Origin: Microthyrium microscopicum | Lineage: Eukaryota | NCBI GenBank assembly: GCA_010405405.1 | Contig: MU004234.1 | Span: 2,639,697-2,703,696 of the forward strand | DNA length: 64,000 nt | Direction: 5' to 3' | Part shown: one piece after another, positions 36,551 to 48,574 of the stretch | How positions within the stretch are numbered: the stretch's first letter is position 1 | Layout of the letters: the number at the start of each line of letters is the position of its first letter | Notes under the pieces: generated by a model | Told to the model about the DNA's origin: nothing | Database searches by the model: none | The model's input: the letters and a program-made list of their open reading frames with translations, nothing else | Program-made: the position numbers and the translations under genes

Positions 36551-39390
36551 GCTACTAGTAATATTAATTTATTAGATTAGAGATTAATACTACTACTAAG
36601 AAATAATTCTAATAATTTAAATCTTCCTAAGGAGATAAAGATTAAAAAAGAAAAGAGTATTCCTTTATTTTACGCTAACTAGGCTAATAAAGAAGAGGTT
36701 AATAATTACTTAAATTAATAAAAAGAAGAAGCTAATCCTTCTTCTAACTTTAAATCTAACTCTAAGTATATAGAATTAGAGCCTTTATAATATATAGATC
36801 CTTCTATAGTTATAGCTCTAGTTTAGACTCTATTTTAGCCTCTATTTTAGCCTCTATTTTAGACTACTTATCCTTAATCTCTACTTTCGTCTTAGTCTTA
36901 CTCTCTATCTTAGAATTAATATTAGACTATTTATACTTAATCTATTTTTGCTTTTCTAACTTAGTATAAAGCTTAACTAACGGATTAAACTTAAGAAGAG
37001 TAGCACTAACCTATTCTTTAATATTAGAGTTAAGCAAACTTTAACTATTAGAATAGACTTTCTCTCCTTATAAATTACTATCCTTCTATTTAGGTTCTAA
37101 AGAAGAGCCATAGCAAAAAGAAGGATAATTAGTCTTAGAAACCTAATCCTTCTTAGTAATAAAATCCTTAACTAGTAAGTCTTACTAATTAGGTAAAGTT
37201 TAATCTAAATCTTTAGCCTATTACAAAAGTTATTTAGAAGAGAGAACTAAGGGAACCTTATAAAAAGAAGGATCCTTAGGCTATAAAGATGCCTATAATA
37301 AAGAAGTTAATTATAAAGAAGCTTATTCTAAAGAAGTAATTAATAAAAGTAAAGAAATAGATTTTATATACTAATAACTACTACTAAAAGTTAGAGTTCT
37401 CTATACGTTAAGTCTTTTATTTTATCTTTATAAAGTATAAGAATCTTTTTTAGTTATTTATAAAATAACTTATATATTTGCCTTTAAAGCTAGTTTAATT
37501 AGTTACTAATTATATTAGTAAACCTATCTATAGTATATTATATCTCTATTTATAGAAGGAGTTATAGAAAGTAATATACTATCTTAAAATAAACTTTCTT
37601 TATTAGTAGTAGCTCTAAGAACTAAGTAATACTCTTCTTTAACTAAGAAATTATATAAGGAGATATAATTATAGGTTATATCTAGTATATATTATTAATA
37701 AATTATTTTTTTAGTATAGCTAGGTATACCTATAAATAGTACTATAAGATCCTATAGTTTATATTTTATAGTTTAACTACTAGTAAATCTATAAAGAATA
37801 ATAGAAGATAGAGAGGCTAGAAAAGAAAAGAGAAAGAAAGAGCTAAGAAATAAGGTAAAGCTAAAGAGAATAGCTAAAGAGGAATAGCTAAAAAGAAATA
37901 GCTAAAGAGAAGCTAGAAGGAAATAGCTAAAGAAAAGGTAAAGATAGGAAATCTATAAAAGGAAAAGATATCTAGAAGCTATCTAGGATAATAATTAATA
38001 GTAAATCTAGTCTAGAGTATAAAGCTTTAAAAGTTAAAGAAGCATATATAATAATCTAGTATTTAGGAATCTAAGCCTAACCTAAATAGGCTAGTTACTT
38101 TAAGAGAGCTAATTAGTAGTTTAGAAAATCTCTAGGGTTAATAAACTTTACTAGAATCTAACTTTATTTACTATTACTAGTAATAGAGATTAGTTATATA
38201 GTTATTTTTATTAGCTCTCTAACTTACTAAGAACGTAAGAATAATTTAAAGTAAATATAGTATAACTATCTTTAAAGATATAAGTTAGCTTAGGCTATCT
38301 TAGGCTTTTATCTTTCTTTATAAAAACTTATATCTTAGCCTATTATACTAAATAAATTATTATTTAAGAAGAGCTTATTAAATTAATCTTAGAGTTAGTA
38401 AATATCTTAGTATACTTATATATAAGTCTTATCTATTATAGTATCCTTAAGTTAGTATATATTATAAATCCTAAATAAATTAAAGTAATAATTTATACCT
38501 AACTTATAGAAAAGTTTAAAGTAGTAAAGTTTAAGAGTAAAAAGAGATAGAAGTACTTATAGCCTCTAAAGTAATAATTATATAGTATTTATTACTAAGC
38601 TTAATAAAAAGGGCCTTTATATTACTAACTTTTACGTATAAGACCTTAAGATTAGCTTTATTACTACTAATATAAAGTACTATATAGTAGTAATAAATAC
38701 TAAATAGATATACTATTAAAAGACTAGATATTCCCTTTCTCTAAGTATAATACTTTTCTTTTAGAAAGTAGCTTACTTTTATATTAAAACTAGCTTTACT
38801 CTATAGGAAATAAGTTAATAAGAGGCTTACTACTCTCTTACTTAATCTATAAAAGCTTTTATACTAAAGATTAATATATTTACTAATAGGCTAAAAGCTA
38901 TATAGACTAGTTCTCCTAATAATAATAATATACGTTTATTATTTATATATTTTTATTAAAAGGTACTTAATATAGAAAGTATATATCTAGTAACTAATAA
39001 AATAAATAGAAATAGATAATTAAACTATATTTCTTAAAAGATAGGCCGCCCTAATCTTTATTACTATTTTAGTAAAGATAAGCAAGATATTTTTATAGAA
39101 GCTATAAATAACGTCTAGTAACTACTCTAGCTTTAATTTACTATCTTTTATAGTAAATATATATAAATTAGATTAATATACTACCCTATATACTATGCCG
39201 CCCTAATAACGCTTTTTATTTAATTTTAGCTTAGCGTTATATTCTATTAGTCCTTCTTATTTAGAAATATTTACCTATATTTTAATATAAAATAAATATT
39301 ACCTAACGTAAGTAGAAAGGACTAAAATATAATTTATTAAAGTTCTACTTTATAAAATATATAAAGTTTATCTAAAATAAAGTATTTACT

Positions 39391-39482
39391 ATCTAAGTAG
39401 AACTAAACTACTTTAAACTATTTAAGTAGAACTAAACTACTTTAAACTATCTAAGTAGAACTAAACTACTTTAAACTATTTA
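39391..39482 (+). repeat. 29-bp tandem repeat (ATCTAAGTAGAACTAAACTACTTTAAACT), three-plus copies running into the gap
   Basis: Units at 39391-39419, 39420-39448 and 39449-39477, plus a partial fourth unit cut off by Ns. Confidence 0.92.
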
Positions 39483-40047
39483 NNNNNNNNNNNNNNNNNN
39501 NNNNNNNNNNNNNNNNNNNNNNNNNNNNNNNNNNNNNNNNNNNNNNNNNNNNNNNNNNNNNNNNNNNNNNNNNNNNNNNNNNNNNNNNNNNNNNNNNNNN
39601 NNNNNNNNNNNNNNNNNNNNNNNNNNNNNNNNNNNNNNNNNNNNNNNNNNNNNNNNNNNNNNNNNNNNNNNNNNNNNNNNNNNNNNNNNNNNNNNNNNNN
39701 NNNNNNNNNNNNNNNNNNNNNNNNNNNNNNNNNNNNNNNNNNNNNNNNNNNNNNNNNNNNNNNNNNNNNNNNNNNNNNNNNNNNNNNNNNNNNNNNNNNN
39801 NNNNNNNNNNNNNNNNNNNNNNNNNNNNNNNNNNNNNNNNNNNNNNNNNNNNNNNNNNNNNNNNNNNNNNNNNNNNNNNNNNNNNNNNNNNNNNNNNNNN
39901 NNNNNNNNNNNNNNNNNNNNNNNNNNNNNNNNNNNNNNNNNNNNNNNNNNNNNNNNNNNNNNNNNNNNNNNNNNNNNNNNNNNNNNNNNNNNNNNNNNNN
40001 NNNNNNNNNNNNNNNNNNNNNNNNNNNNNNNNNNNNNNNNNNNNNNN
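39483..40047. other. Assembly gap (565 N)
   Basis: Run of N bases. Confidence 1.
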
Positions 40048-40310
40048 AAAATCTAACTTAATAATAAACTATTCTAAACTTAGGTCTAGTTTATAGTAAC
40101 TAGTCTAGCTAATGCTAGATCTAGTAGAAATATATCTAATCTTTAAAAATTTAAGACTTAGTAAATATATCTCTAAACTATAGCTAAGAATAGAATTTAC
40201 TTAAGAATTAACTAGAATTACTATAAGAATTAGTAGGCATAATTACTAATTTTATAGAATCTAAGCTAAATTCTTATCTTTTTTATAAAGTAGCTAAAAA
40301 TATAATCCCC

Positions 40311-41035
40311 TAAAGCCCTTATAGCTTAGGGATTAGCTATAGTGAAACACTAAAATATGCCCCTACTACTATATATTCTACTACAAAGTAGCTTAGGACT
40401 TAAGAGCCTTAAGTCTATAGAGCTAGACTAATCTAGGACTAGCTTTAAATCTAGCCCTTTACATCCAAAGGGCTAGATTATCCTATAGTAGCTACTTAAG
40501 CTATTTGAATCTATAGTATTTAACACGTAATATTAAGATCTAGGAATTACTAGATCTTAATATTGTGATTACGTACCATGTCACGTGATAGTCACGTGCT
40601 AGATTACGTAATCTAGCCCTTTACGTTTAAAGGGCTAGATTATCCCACAGTAGCTACTTGAGCTATTTAAATCTATAGTATTTAATACGTAATATTAAGA
40701 TCTAGGAATTACTAGATCTTAATATTGTAATTACGTACTAGATTACGTGCTAGATTACGTTATCTAACCCTTTATATTTTTAAAGAGCTAGATTATCTTA
40801 TAGTAGCTAAAAATAACGTATTTTTAGATAGTAGCTATTTTAACTACTAATAGCTAATATTAGCTATTAGTAGCTAATATTATAACTAATATTAGGGGGG
40901 CGCCCCTAATCCTCTTTATTAAATAGTTAAAAATACTATTTTTTAAAGCCCTCATAGCTTAGGAATTAGCTGTAGCGAAATACCAAAATGTGCCCCTACC
41001 ACTACATATTCTACCACGAACTAGCTTAGGATTTA
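40311..41035. repeat. Subterminal repeat domain: 92-bp direct repeats flanking ~151-162-bp tandem hairpin-containing units
   Basis: Direct repeats at 40311-40402 and 40944-41035. Tandem units start at 40448, 40610 and 40761 (third partial); the first two each carry 13-bp and 15-bp stem inverted repeats. Confidence 0.88.
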
Positions 41036-43083
41036 ACATGCATTATCTCCATATGTGTTGTCCTCTTTGATTAGCGCCTGTTTGTCTCTTTTGATTAGCG
41101 TTGTCCCCTTCGTTGGTATTGTCCTCTTCGCTTGCAGTACTATAGCTATTTGAGTGTTTAATAGGCTTAATATAAACGCTAAGACAAAGGGGACAATTCG
41201 TAGTAAGCTAGAGCCCCTAAAATTAGCGACCCTATAGTACGCTACACCCCCTAAAATTAGTTAGCGCTATGTAGGGTCCCCTAAAATTAGTAAGTAGTAA
41301 GCACCTGTTTTGGGGTCCCAAAAAGGCTTAATTAATGTTGCATCCTGAAAATTCTCTGCGGTAACAAGATTGAACGGCTTAGGTGGGATGTGAAAGTTGA
41401 GGTTGATCTTTCGGCATGCCGATGATGGCGGCTCGGCAAGATGCCAATCACGTGATCGGGCCCTTCTCGGCTTCAAGCTTTGATCAAGTTGATCTTACTC
41501 CAGATTTCCCGCACTGAGTTCCTCGGAGGACGCGACTCTCCTGCCCTGATTCCCCTGAGCATCTTGATCCTTCGCGAATCGCAAGCAGTTCCCAAGCAAC
41601 CCATTATCACTAAACCCCACGCTGCGACATGGGAATGCTCACTCATATTCGATAGACACTGGCGCATTGTTCGGTCATCCTGTACCTGTCGCGTTGCACA
41701 ATATCAGTCTTGGAATCCTTCGGACCAGGCACTTTTCAACTTCGTGACCTGGACTTGCGTCTTGCTTTCGCGTCATGATAGTCCCCATGTATCTCTTCTT
41801 TTCGGTTGAGTTCGACTTATCGCATCCTACTGCAACTTGGTGTCGAGCTGCTGGTCGTTTGATTGACCCAACGCTCAGTCCGTGCTAGGTGATCGCTACC
41901 CAACACTAACAAGTCCGGCAACTCAAGAAGTCAGATCCTCGCATCTCCGTGCGTAGGGTCACTCAGACGGCCGTTTGAGTTGCGTTTGCCAGACCAGTTT
42001 GAGTCCAGAACGAAGCAGGTGCAACCCAGAGCATGTCACAACAGTCGAGTGGTATAACACGCGACCTCCGTAATCTTATTTTTAGTTCGACTGCCATCTT
42101 CTCCAAGAACATTGGTTAGCTTGGCTTCGAGCCGCATTGGTGCTGTTCCATAACCACTTGCCTCTTTGGGTCTATGCTGCCTACTTATCTCTTTCCGGCC
42201 ACCATTCTTTGCAACCTACCAACGACATGAGAAGTCATTTTCGTTTTTGAAACGTCGAGTATGCAGAACAATTCGACGTTCTGGAAGGACACATTGTTTC
42301 TATTGCAAGGTATGGACAGTAGGTATTGACTGATGTAACCCTAGCACAACTGAAGACCAATGAACACAACTTTTGGCTGAAATACCTGTGTATGATAATT
42401 CTACTAGTGTTGAAGCTCAAATCCCCAACCCAGCGTTAGCTACTCTGTTGACTAGTACAAACGTCACTACGGGTATATCCGAACCAGAGGAGCAAGAAAC
42501 ACAAACGTCCTGCCGTGCCCTGCTCTACACCCCACAGCTTCAGTTGAGAACTCTTGGTTCCTGTTGCCTTCCGGTAACACAGACTTGGTCATCTCACGAT
42601 GAAAAGAAAGATGCCATAGATTTGCACCTAGGTCAAGATTCTTATCGCAATGCGGAAGCTGGTATATGCTTTTTGCACCTATAAGAAAGAAGAGCTGGGA
42701 GTTGAATATGGGGCATGGATCTGTAAAGTCCAACCACCATGACCATTTCCGGGTCGAGGGTATCATTAATTTAAAGCACCCTTTTCAACATGCAAACAAG
42801 GATTACTTATCTCCCGCCCTAACGGTATATGACTTGCCAAATTAAGGATAACTCCGCACCAGCCTGTAGTCAACTGCCCCAGTAGAACCGTTGAGATACA
42901 ACCACAAACTGGGCAATTTTGGCCACATGGCATGGTTTAGGATCTTCTTGTGAGACTATTTGCCTTCCTTGCTTGGGTTTTGCTATCGTCTGAGTGTGCG
43001 GCGTAGCTCGGTCTACAAAAGTACACCTATTCCCACCGTCCCTACCGCATCAATCTGGAGAACGCATCATACACATCGCCACT

Positions 43084-45872
43084 ATGAATCGACATGGAGG
43101 ACCTCAGCCGGATGAGCACGAGGGCGCGGCCCGGTCGACGGCTATTAGTCGAGATGGAGAAACAATACCACAATACACATCGGCCGAGACAGCAGAGCAT
43201 GACATTGCAATGTTCTCCAAGATGCACGCTTGGGATCCTAATGTCCCCAACGACAAGCTCAATGTGCTGGACGCGGCGGTGGAGAAGCATGACACTGACG
43301 CCGAAGAAGCTCTCGATCAAGAGCTAGAAGAAAACTCGCCATATCCTGAAGTTGTGGCAGCCGTGAGCAACACTGATGACACAACAATCGAAGGTGGCAC
43401 GTTTCGAGCCTGGTTCCTAGGACTCTTGTTCGTCACACTCGGCAGTGGTCTGAACATGCTCTTTTCGTTGAGACAACCCAGTATATCCATCGGTGCACTT
43501 GTAGCTCAGCTATGCGTGTATCCTATTGGTGTATTATGGGCTAAAGTGGTGCCCAGTAAAGAGTTTAGCGTTTTTGGTAAAAAGTTCAGTTTCAATCCTG
43601 GCCCGTTCAACAAGAAGGAGCACACCTTGATCGTTGTCATGGCTAATGTCACTTTCAATGGTGGATCCGGTAAGTGATACAACCGTCGTACAATTCAAGC
43701 TCTCGCTAATTAATGTCAGCTTACTCTACATTGACAATCGAGGCACAACGAGGTTTCTACGGACTTGACTGGGGATTTGGATTTGCAATTCTCTTTACTT
43801 TGGCGACACAAATGACAGGCCTGGGTCTTGCTGGTCTCTTCAGAAACTTTTTGGTGTACCCATCATCTATGATCTGGCCCTCGACATTGCCAAATTGCGC
43901 TTTGTTCAATACCCTGCATGATGGCAAGACGGCTATGGACCCGGCTGATACGAATGGCTGGAGAATATCCAGATTCAAATTCTTCACCTGTAAGTGGACC
44001 ATGGTCCGAGCCTATGACATTGCTAACATGAACAGATGTTTTGGTTGGCGGATTCTTTTGGTACTGGTTCCCTGGCTTTATCTGGCAAGGATTGAGTGTA
44101 TTTGCTTGGGTGACTTGGATCAAACCAAACAATGTTATTGTTAATCAAATCTTCGGTGGTACCAGCGGATTCAGCTATGGCGCGCCATTCACGATCTTTA
44201 CTTTGGATTGGACAACGATCAACGGTTATATTGGAAGTCCACTGGTAGTTCCATGGCACGCAATCGCAAATACCAGTAAGACAGAGCTCCTGTGGGTTGA
44301 AACATATCACGTACTAACGTATGCTAGTGATCGGCCTTGTTATTTTCACATGGGTTCTTGCAACTGGCATTAACTATAGTGGAAAGTGGTATTCTGACTA
44401 TCTTCCCGTCTCAGACTCCAACAGGTCCGTAGTGGTCTTACTATACCAAGAGACTTTGCTAACAGCTGTAGTTACGATAACATGGGCCACCGCTATAATG
44501 TCACTAGGATTTTGAAGCCAGACTGGACACTGGATCCAGTCAAGTACAAGACATATTCACCAATCTTCTTATCGACGACATTTGCCCTGCAGTATGGCCT
44601 AAGTTTTGCGTCCATTGTCGCGGTTGTCACCCACACCGCCGCATTCCATGGCAAAGAGATCTGGCAACGATTCCGAAATGTTCGAGCTGAACCCAAAGAT
44701 ATCCATATGAAGCTGATGCAGTCGTACCCTGAGGTACCGCAATGGTGGTTCATCACCATGTTCGTTATCATGCTCGCAATTGGACTGGCAACTGTTCTGC
44801 ATTACCCTCTCCAACTACCATGGTGGGCTTTCTTCGTCTCCATTTTAATGGCCGCCTTCTTCATGGTGCCCATTGGCATGATCCAAGCTATTACTGTAAG
44901 TCAAAGCCGACAATGAATACTGACTGTAGACTAACTCGAGTAGAATATCCCAATTGGTCTCAACGTCATCACCGAATTCGTTGTTGCTTACATGCTTCCT
45001 GGCCGTCCCATGGCCATGATGGCTTTCAAGACTCTTGGTTATATCACTATGGCGCAAGGCATAACGTACGCCCAGGATCAAAAGATGGCAATGTACATGA
45101 AAGTCAAACCGAGGACCATTTTTTGGGGTCAGCTTTGGGCTTCAGTTCTCAGTTCTTTCGTTCAAGTTGGCGTTTTGCTCTGGGCATTCACTAACATCGA
45201 GGGTATCTGCACCAAAGACCAGCCCAACAAGTTCACATGCCCCAACGGCCGAGTATTCTTCAATGCCAGCATCGTATGGGGTGTCATTGGACCAGGAAGA
45301 GTAAGTCCCATCATCTTCAGTCGTCTTTGGAGTTAAGAAGCTAATTTCTTGTAGATGTTCGGTCCTGGTAGTATCTATGAATCACTCCAATGGTTCTGGA
45401 TGATCGGTGCCCTTTGCCCCATCATCATCTGGGTCGTCGCCCGTAAATTCCCCCGCGGACCATGGCGCTATCTTCATTTCCCAATTATCTTCGGTGGTAC
45501 TGGTCAAATTCCTCCGTAAGCTCCACCTACCTCCCAGCCGTCCCCAAAAGTATCATTACTAACGAAACCTACAGTGCTGTACCCATGAACTACCTCATGT
45601 GGGGCATCATCGGCTATATTTTCAACAAGCACATCCGCTCGCGCGCACGTGGCTGGTGGTCCAACTACAACTACATTCTCTCCGCAGCGCTCGATACTGG
45701 TCTAGCTCTGTGCACAATCGTCATTTTCTGCACGCTCACTATGACCAAGACTGAGCCGCCTAGCTGGTGGGGCAATAACGTCGTGAGCACGACGCTGGAT
45801 TCTCAGGGAACGGCGATTCGTAAGGTGCTGCCCGATGGCGAGAAGTTTGGACCCCCGGTCGGGTCTTGGTAG
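43084..45872 (+). CDS. Oligopeptide transporter (OPT family, Isp4/Opt-like), about 7 introns
   Basis: Signature ENSPYPEVVAAVSNTDD, plus TFRAWFLG, FNPGPFNKKEHTLIVVMAN, YPSSMIWP, DIHMKLMQSYPEVPQWW, GLNVITEF, FTCPNGRVFFNASIVWG and YNYILSAALDTG, across GT-AG-separated exons. Confidence 0.95.
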
Positions 45873-46510
45873 TTGGGTGCGGTTGAGATAGTAATTTGTG
45901 TAGTAATTTGAGCTTAATTGAGATGTAGCGAAGCTTGTAATCATTCAATACCCTTTACTCAAGCTGACTTTGCTCGTGCCTTACGCTGTGATATCAGAAG
46001 AATCTAGAAACATTGCTCATGCTGAAGATCAACCTTGAGTGACTATGCTGTTGTGTCTGTGGCAAGTTATAGCAAGGGTAAGAAAATGAGTAATGGAGCA
46101 AGATATATCATGCAACAAGATCTAAAGGTCTTGTCAAGGTCAGAAAACAAAGATAGTCGTTCTCAATATCATCGTTGGTTCCAATGAAGCGGCACAATGG
46201 ACGTATAAGCTTGATTGTCCAATATGATACGAATTGAGCCTTCAAAATCTTCATGTCCGCTTTTCCGCTGATATCCCTAGGTGAGTTGTTTTTACCATAT
46301 CAACATGGTTATCTTTCTCCTTGAAGGATCTTTCTCATGGCCTTGGCTCCGTATTGAGCACCCGCAAGTCAACAAGTATCATCGCTATTCATCACACGGA
46401 CCCGAACAAATGAGTCAGCTAGTGATCTTCCGTGTCCTCTTCCATCAAGATTTCTTCTGTGGTATGGCCCTGCTCGTTACTCTTTTCCGCAGTATCTTTT
46501 TGCGTCATTC

Positions 46511-47088
46511 TCATTCCATAGTGTCGTCTTGATCTGTCTCGTCAAGTCGCTCCTGCATGTTATCTGGGTCCTGATTTTGAAATTCCTCCAGGAGATTCTT
46601 CCCGCGGATGGTAACAAACAAGTCAATCAACTTCTGGCACTTCTGCGTAAACTCTTCCTGAACTGGTCGGCTACGAAGTTGCTGCATTTTGGTGCAATTG
46701 AGGCAGATTTGGAGAATGGAGAAAGCTTGCAGGAATTTGGTCTTCATCTTCTGGTATGTATCGTCTACGTCCTGAAGAAATTCCGTGATCTTTCTGATGG
46801 ACTCTTGTGTCTCCGCTAGAAGCTTTGAATTAGAGCGGCCTATCGTGGTCTGAAAAGAGTTAGTCCTGGCTGATTGATAATTGCTGACAGAAGCGGCCTT
46901 ACAACTCTCTGCTTGAATGTCTCTAAGAACCTCAATGCAGCTCCAGTTGATTCTGAGTCTGACATCATCTCAGATATTGGCCCTCGGGGCTTGATGAACT
47001 CGTCTATGTCCGAAAGGAACTTGCTATCCGCGCTCAGCAGTTGGAGAGCCGCAAGGATCTTTCGACATTCGTGATGTTCGCTGGCCAT
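46511..47088 (-). CDS. Orphan family A, paralogue A1: ~174-aa predicted helical protein, 2 exons
   Basis: Exons 47088-46903 and 46849-46511 with a phase-0 intron (GTAAGG..ACTAAC..TTCAG). Alignable by eye with A2. Confidence 0.7.
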
Positions 47089-47567
47089 TGCTGCGCCGTG
47101 CTTCAATTGTCTGTACTTGTGGTATGGGATTGAATTTCAGGATGCTGAAGGAGTGCTTGTCGTTCTGTAAAGGCGTTGCGGTAGATAACGTTAAAGCTAT
47201 GGGAAGAGTGGAATTTGAGGGAAGCGAGAGAGCTGTCTAGAGTTTTGTGGTCAGAATTGAATTGTCAGTGCTAGTGCGTTGCCTAATGGTACCCGCTTCA
47301 ATGTTGTGATTGAGGCAATGACTGGAGAATTCCGAGGTAGTTACAGTACTCTACGCTTTGAGGTTGGTAAATATGTAGTTGATAGAATTAGGCAAGAATG
47401 AAAATGGGAAAGCAAATGGCAAGAGCGTCTAGTACTCCTGCCAGGTGATCCAGTCTCTCGCTTCTATCTCAAATTTCATCATATCAGCCGGCCTGATATC
47501 AAACTTCACCTAATATGCTGAACGCACAATATCAAAATGTCAAGTTTGGCCCGCTCTGCTGAGCAGG

Positions 47568-48136
47568 CTAATCTTCCATCCTGTTCTGTTCTATTCTGCT
47601 TTCTAGATTCTCGAGCGCATCTTGTAACTCCGGTTTCTGCAGCTCTTCTTGAATGTTTTCTCCACGAAAGCTGGTAAAAAGCTCGGTCATTTGTTGACAC
47701 TTCTCTGTATACTCATCTTGAATGCACTGACTGCGCATACGTTGCAGGTCAGGATTCTCAGCAGATTCTTGTATTGTATGGAACATGCTCAGGAAGATGC
47801 CCTTAAAGGTCTTGTATTCGCTCTCCACCGAAGTCATCATTTCGGTCATCTTTGAAATGTCTTCTTTCTCTGTCTGGGACTGTTCAAGTTAGTCACTTTT
47901 CGTGAGAACCATCCAATGTGTAGGGTTTGTGGACGCACCAGAGCTGAAATATTCCGGTCCAAAAGTCGGAGCATGGCCTCTGCGCTCGCGAAAGTGTCTT
48001 TAGACATGGCAATTGCATCCATCGCGGGCCTCATGCGCTTGAGGGATTCGTCCAATTGGCAAAGAACTCGATGATCGAGACTTAGTTGTCGAAGGACGGC
48101 AGCGATTCGCCGGCATTCCTGTATTTCCCTCGCCAT
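47568..48136 (-). CDS. Orphan family A, paralogue A2: ~169-aa predicted helical protein, 2 exons
   Basis: Exons 48136-47939 and 47879-47568 with a phase-0 intron (GTGCGT..ACTAAC..AACAG). Shares MAxExxECRxIxAxLxxLSxD and RSxxxQxExTxKCQxxxxLFxxxRGxNxxEE with A1. Confidence 0.72.
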
Positions 48137-48574
48137 GAGTACTCCAGGCTTGAACTAAGGTGGTTAAGAAAGTCTGTGTCGGTTGCGTGTTTGTTCTTCG
48201 GTCGGGTGTCAAGTCTTGAGGAGCGGCTAGTGGTTGGTAAGGGCGCGTTGTCAGATATATTTGATGGTCAAAGAATGATGTTAGAGTGAGAGAGGATGTT
48301 AGAATGAGAGAGTACTATAGCAATTAAGCGTGTAGGAAGAGTTTGTGATAGAAGACATTTGAGTTCTCGGTCACCGGTGTATTGGTCTTTCAGTCTATTG
48401 CTCCATGGTACTTGCCTAATATTGAAGCAGCGAGTGGAGCAATTATATGGCCGAAATGGGCAATAACCAAGTAAGAATGTATTATGGCAGGAACTATCCA
48501 AGCAACAACAAACAACACTGTCCAAGATAAATAACAAAAAAGCTCATTCAGTTATTTGATGTCCTTCCTCCAAC

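Larger units (their letters stand above)
34452..41361 (+). mobile_element. ~6.9-kb RIP-inactivated pogo-type (IS630-Tc1-mariner) DNA transposon with extra internal sequence
   Basis: Identical 33-bp TIRs (CCGCAGAGAATTTTCAGGATGCAACATTAATTA) at 34452-34484 and, reversed, 41329-41361. TA at 34450-34451 and 41362-41363. Interior is very AT/TpA-rich and CpA/TpG-depleted, and contains a transposase relic. Confidence 0.9.

Noticed and set aside
39391..41035. Repeats as a CRISPR-like array
   Set aside because: Eukaryotic context, no unique spacers, no cas genes.
34452..41361. AT-rich island as centromere, LTR retroelement or Starship
   Set aside because: Bounded by TIRs with TA TSD and contains a DDE transposase; I saw no LTR, reverse transcriptase or tyrosine-recombinase relic.
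46140..46510. Possible decayed extension of A1 resembling gene C (shared HCAA)
   Set aside because: Only a 4-residue match across frameshifts and stops; not distinguishable from chance by eye.
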